DNA of 64,000 bases from an uncultured Chloroflexia bacterium (lineage in GTDB: Bacteria; Chloroflexota; Limnocylindria; Limnocylindrales; CSP1-4): NCBI GenBank assembly GCA_963712745.1, contig CAVQJC010000004.1, positions 1 through 64,000 of the forward strand. Reading direction: 5' to 3'. Shown here one piece after another: positions 59,801-64,000 of this stretch. The translations under genes and the position numbers were made by a program. How positions within the stretch are numbered: the stretch's first letter is position 1; each line of letters starts with the position of its first letter. Below the pieces are notes generated by a model. The model had not been told where the DNA came from. It did no database searches and worked only from the letters and a program-made list of their open reading frames with translations.

Positions 59801-60847
59801 GTGGTGATCGAGATCCGTGATGCACTGGGCGACCTTAGCGCCGTCGGCATCATCATCATCGCGGTGCTCATCGGCCTGGCCATCCACTGGGTGGGTTGGC
59901 AAGTCGCGCTCCGTCTCATCCGCCGCACGCCCTCTCGGCTCGATGAGTTCATCGTCCACCGCACGGTCAATGCGATGCGCCTGCTCGTGGTGCTGGCCAC
60001 GGTCCTGCTGTCGACCCTCCTGATGGGCGACGAGGCTGCCGACTGGGTCCGTCGAGCGGTCATCTTCATCGGCATCCTCGGTCTCGGCTGGCTGGCGGTC
60101 TCCCTCACACGCGTGGGCGAGGACATTGCGAGCGAGCGCTTCCCGGACGAGGTCGACGACCTCGAGGCGCGACAGCTCCGCACTCAACTGGCGGTCCTGC
60201 AGCGCTTCGGGTCGATCATCATCTGGCTCATCGCGGTGGCCATCGCTCTGCTGACCATCCCTGGTGTCCAGCCTCTCGCCGCCAGCCTGCTGGCTGGTGC
60301 CGGGGTCGTGGGCATCGTGCTCGGTGTCGCCGCCGGCCCACTCATCGGCAACCTCATCGCCGGCGTCCAGATCGCCTTCACCCAGCCCATCAAGATCGGT
60401 GACGTGGTCGTCATCGAAGGGGAGTGGGGCACCATCGGCGAGATCACCGCGGCCTATGTGGTGGTCTACATCTGGGACAAGCGCCGGCTCATCGTGCCGC
60501 TCTCCGACATCGTCAACAAGCCCGTCGAAAACTGGACGCGGCAGACGACCGACCTGCTCGCGACGGTGAGTCTCCGCCTTGACTACCGCGCGCCCGTCGA
60601 AGCCATCCGTACCGAGTACAAGCGCATCCTCGACGAATCGGGCTTGTGGGACGGGGAGGCCTGGTCCGTGCTGGTGACCGACAACGACGACCGTTCCATG
60701 GTGGTGAGGGCGCTCTTCAGTGCACCCGACTCGGGCAATGCCTGGGACTTGCGCTGCCTCGTGCGTGAGAAGCTCATCGCCTTCCTGCAAGAACAGCATC
60801 CGTACGCGCTGCCGGCGGCGCGCGAGATCCAGTACCAGCCGGAGTAG
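59801..60847 (+). CDS. Small-conductance mechanosensitive channel (MscS family)
   Basis: NLIAGVQIAFTQPIKIGD, WDKRRLIVPL, ENWTR. Confidence 0.92.
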   Translation: MVIEIRDALGDLSAVGIIIIAVLIGLAIHWVGWQVALRLIRRTPSRLDEFIVHRTVNAMRLLVVLATVLLSTLLMGDEAADWVRRAVIFIGILGLGWLAVSLTRVGEDIASERFPDEVDDLEARQLRTQLAVLQRFGSIIIWLIAVAIALLTIPGVQPLAASLLAGAGVVGIVLGVAAGPLIGNLIAGVQIAFTQPIKIGDVVVIEGEWGTIGEITAAYVVVYIWDKRRLIVPLSDIVNKPVENWTRQTTDLLATVSLRLDYRAPVEAIRTEYKRILDESGLWDGEAWSVLVTDNDDRSMVVRALFSAPDSGNAWDLRCLVREKLIAFLQEQHPYALPAAREIQYQPE

Positions 60848-60910
60848 GGTTACGTGACCGCTTCCCCGCTAGGATTGGGCGATGCCCATCAACCCCATCG
60901 CGATGCCGTC

Positions 60911-62197
60911 GTGAGCGGCACCTCGCACGTCCGCTTCAGCCAGCACACGCTCTCGAACGGCCTGCGCGTCAACATCGCGCCCGACCGCGTGGCGCCGGTG
61001 GTGGCCGTCAACCTTTGGTACGACGTCGGATCCAAGCACGAACAGGCGGGTAAGACCGGCTTCGCTCACCTGTTCGAGCACTTCATGTTCCAGGGCAGCC
61101 GGCACGTGGCCAAGGCCGAGCACCTGGCCATCGTGCAAGGCGCCGGCGGGGTGCTGAACGCGACCACCTACTTCGACCGCACCAACTACTTCGAGACGCT
61201 GCCCAGTCACCAGGTCGAGCTGGGCCTGTGGCTGGAAGCCGACCGCATGGCCACCCTGCTCGATGCCATGTCGCAGGAGAACCTCGACAACCAGCGTGAC
61301 GTGGTCAAGAACGAGAAGCGCCAGTCGTACGACAACCGCCCGTATGGTTCGTTCTACGAGAAGCTGATGGCGGCCGTGTTTCCGCCGGGTCATCCCTATC
61401 ACCACACGCCCATCGGCTCGATGGAAGACCTCGACGCGGCCGGCCTCGCCGACGTGGAGGACTTCTTCCGCACCTACTACGTGCCCAACAACGCTGTGCT
61501 CACGGTGGCCGGCGATGTCGACGAAGCTCCGGTCATCGAGGCGGTCGAGCGCTACTTCGGGCCCATCGAGCCGAACGAGGAGTTGCCGGCGTTCCGGCGG
61601 CCGCCCGACGCGCCTGTCGCGGCGCATCAGGAGGTGGTGCCCGACGATGTGCCGCTCGAGCGGGTACACGTGGGCTACCGCAGTCCGGCCTACGGCACCC
61701 GCGAGTTCGACGCGCTGGAGGTGGCTGCCCAGATCCTGGCAGGCGGTCGGGGTAGCCGCCTGCACAAGCGCCTCGTCCGTGAGGAGCGGGCAGCGCAGGA
61801 CGTGGCCTTCTTCGCCCTGCCGCTGGTGGCTGGCTCGTCCATCGCTGCCGGCTGGGTCACCGCCCGGCCGGAGTCGGACGCGGCGTCCGTGGCGGCCCTG
61901 CTCGACGAGGAGCTGGCACGCATGGCGCATGAGGCGGTCACCGACGACGAACTGGCCCGCGCCCACGCGCTCATCGAGTCGTCGGAGCTCTCAGCTCTCT
62001 CGCGCATGGACGAGATCGCCGACCGACTCTCGATGTACACCACCTACTTCGACCGCCCGGAGCTCGTCAACGAGCAGCTGGGCCGCTACCTCGACGTCGA
62101 CGTCGAGGCCGTGCGCGATGTCTGTGCCCAGGTCTTTGGCAGGGAACGCGCGACCATCACCTACGTGCCCCGCGACACCGCCGAGGCCGCAGCATGA
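60911..62197 (+). CDS. M16 (pitrilysin) family Zn peptidase, catalytic subunit
   Basis: GFAHLFEH (HXXEH), NATT.FDRTNY; start 60854 or 60911. Confidence 0.94.
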   Translation: MSGTSHVRFSQHTLSNGLRVNIAPDRVAPVVAVNLWYDVGSKHEQAGKTGFAHLFEHFMFQGSRHVAKAEHLAIVQGAGGVLNATTYFDRTNYFETLPSHQVELGLWLEADRMATLLDAMSQENLDNQRDVVKNEKRQSYDNRPYGSFYEKLMAAVFPPGHPYHHTPIGSMEDLDAAGLADVEDFFRTYYVPNNAVLTVAGDVDEAPVIEAVERYFGPIEPNEELPAFRRPPDAPVAAHQEVVPDDVPLERVHVGYRSPAYGTREFDALEVAAQILAGGRGSRLHKRLVREERAAQDVAFFALPLVAGSSIAAGWVTARPESDAASVAALLDEELARMAHEAVTDDELARAHALIESSELSALSRMDEIADRLSMYTTYFDRPELVNEQLGRYLDVDVEAVRDVCAQVFGRERATITYVPRDTAEAAA

Positions 62198-63624
62198 GCG
62201 GCGATCCGCTGGCAGTCCTCGACCGGCGCCCGGGGCCAGGTGAACCACGCGCCTACGACTTCCCTGACTTCGAACGTGACTCGCTGGCCAACGGCCTCAC
62301 CGTCCTGCGAGCCCATGTGCCCGGTCGGCCGCTGCTGCAGGCGCAGTTGATCATCCGCGGTGACGCCGGTGGCGGTGAGACCAGCCAGGATCCCGAGTAC
62401 GCGGGGGCGACCGTGCTGACAGCGCGCGCGATGTCCGAGGGCACGGAGCGGCGAGATGCGGTGGCCTTCATCGAGGCCTCGGAGCGCCTCGGAGCGGAGA
62501 TGGGCGCGGCGGCCGGCTGGGACAGCCTTGCGGTGCACGTCGAGGTGCCACGTTCACACCTGGCTGATGCCATGTCGCTCTTCGCTGAGCTGGCTCTGCA
62601 GCCCAGCTTCCCGGCCCACGAGGTGGAGCGCCTCCGCGATGAGCGACTGAATGACCTTCAGCAGGTCATGGCCGATGCGCGGCGCCGGGCGGAAAAGGCC
62701 TTCCCGGCGGCCATCTACGCGGAGGGGGCGGCCTACGCGCGGCCGCTCGGCGGCGTGGAGGCGACGGTCGCTCCCATCGACCGTGACGTGCTCGCCGCCC
62801 GCCACGCTGCGCTGCTGCGGCCCGACGCCGCCACGCTCATGATCTGCGGGGACATCCAGGACCTCCCGCTCGACGGCATCGTGACGGCGGCTTTCGGCGA
62901 TTGGAGCGTCGCCCACGATCTCGGCGTGACGCTCCCGGATGCCCCCGACGAGGCGGCAGTAGGACGTCGTGTCGTGCTGGTCGACCGACCCGGGGCGCCG
63001 CAGTCGGAGATCCGCGTGGGTCACGTTGGCACCAAGCGGCGGATCGAGGACTTCCACGCCTTGGCGGTGGCCAACGCCCTGCTGGGCGGGCTCTTCAACT
63101 CCCGGCTCAACATGCTGCTGCGCGAGGAGCACGGCTATACCTACGGGGTGCAATCGAGCTTCGACATGCGTCGGGCAGCGGGGCCGTTCGCGGTGCGATG
63201 CGCGGTCGAGTCAGCGGTCACCGCTCCGTCGGTGGCGGACATCCTGGCCGAGCTCGAACGGATCCGTGAGGCACCGGTCGAGCAGGCGGAACTCGATGCT
63301 GCCCGCGACTACCTCATCGGCGTGTTCCCGCTGCGGTTCGAGACTTCGGCCCAGGTCGCCGGCGCTCTGGCCGGCCTGGTCGTCCAGGGGCTACCCGACG
63401 ACGAGCTCGACCGCTACCGGCCCAGCATCGCGGCCGTGACGGCCGAGGACGTGCAGGCGGCCGCACGAGCGCATATCGACCCCGATTCCGCTTCCATCGT
63501 GGTGGTCGGTGACGTCTCGGTCTTCGAGCCGGCTCTGCGCGAGGCCGGCTACGGCGACATCGAGGTCGTCCGCGACGAGGGGTTCAGCGATGGGGGAGGG
63601 AGCGCCGGGGACAGCGCACGATGA
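62194..63624 (+). CDS. M16 family peptidase, non-catalytic partner subunit
   Basis: No HXXEH; SRL...LREEHGYTYG. Confidence 0.92.
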   Translation: MSGDPLAVLDRRPGPGEPRAYDFPDFERDSLANGLTVLRAHVPGRPLLQAQLIIRGDAGGGETSQDPEYAGATVLTARAMSEGTERRDAVAFIEASERLGAEMGAAAGWDSLAVHVEVPRSHLADAMSLFAELALQPSFPAHEVERLRDERLNDLQQVMADARRRAEKAFPAAIYAEGAAYARPLGGVEATVAPIDRDVLAARHAALLRPDAATLMICGDIQDLPLDGIVTAAFGDWSVAHDLGVTLPDAPDEAAVGRRVVLVDRPGAPQSEIRVGHVGTKRRIEDFHALAVANALLGGLFNSRLNMLLREEHGYTYGVQSSFDMRRAAGPFAVRCAVESAVTAPSVADILAELERIREAPVEQAELDAARDYLIGVFPLRFETSAQVAGALAGLVVQGLPDDELDRYRPSIAAVTAEDVQAAARAHIDPDSASIVVVGDVSVFEPALREAGYGDIEVVRDEGFSDGGGSAGDSAR

Positions 63625-64000
63625 TCGTCGTGCTGGGTCGACCGCGGGTCTACCGACCCGAGCCCGACGGTCAGCTTGCCCCCGGCGGGCTGGCCGTGGA
63701 GCTCGCTCTCGCGGCCGCACGCGCCGGGGTCGCTGTCGAGCTCGTCGGCGCCATCGGCGACGATCCCGAGGGGGACCGCATCGTGGTCGAGCTTGGGCGC
63801 GCCGGCGTGGGCCATGCTGCCCTGCTGCGAGACCCGGCCACGCGCACGCCCATGGTGGGACAGTCTCCCGGCGATCGCCCGCTGCCGCGCCTGGAGGCGG
63901 CCGACGTAGAGTTGGGCATGCGCTACCTGCCCGAGTGCCGGGTCCTGATCATCGGGGCCGAGCTCGATCCCGAGGCCCTCCGCATGGCGCTCGAGGCGGC
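63621..64000 (+). CDS. PfkB/ribokinase-like protein (partial, runs off the window)
   Basis: MIVVLG...GG....ALAAARAG.AVELVGAIGDD.EG. Confidence 0.7.
   Translation, partial: MIVVLGRPRVYRPEPDGQLAPGGLAVELALAAARAGVAVELVGAIGDDPEGDRIVVELGRAGVGHAALLRDPATRTPMVGQSPGDRPLPRLEAADVELGMRYLPECRVLIIGAELDPEALRMALEA

Overview
High-GC bacterial chromosomal segment. Gene style suggests Chloroflexota or Actinomycetota; this is inference only. The window opens with a ~2.2 kb insertion sequence bounded by perfect 30-bp terminal inverted repeats. It encodes an unusually long (710 aa) IS256/Mutator-like DDE transposase fused to two C-terminal DUF4379-type zinc-ribbon repeats. The rest is a mix of housekeeping and accessory genes: pit/DUF47, two ECF sigma modules, a DEAD-box helicase, an amidase, three ABC transporter operons, a DtxR-family regulator, aroF, pgm, two LLM oxidoreductases, a TPR-rhomboid, tRNA-Lys(CTT), Ku, carAB, MscS and an M16 peptidase pair. 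Other notable items are a Ku gene paired with a ligase-fold protein lacking its catalytic lysines, an adjacent SGNH pseudoenzyme, two copies of a BIME/REP-like palindrome array flanking one ABC operon, tandem PyrR-like loops ahead of carA, and two candidate RNA switches. About a dozen single-base frameshifts, mostly in accessory genes, may be assembly errors. All family assignments come from motif recognition by eye; no database searches were run.
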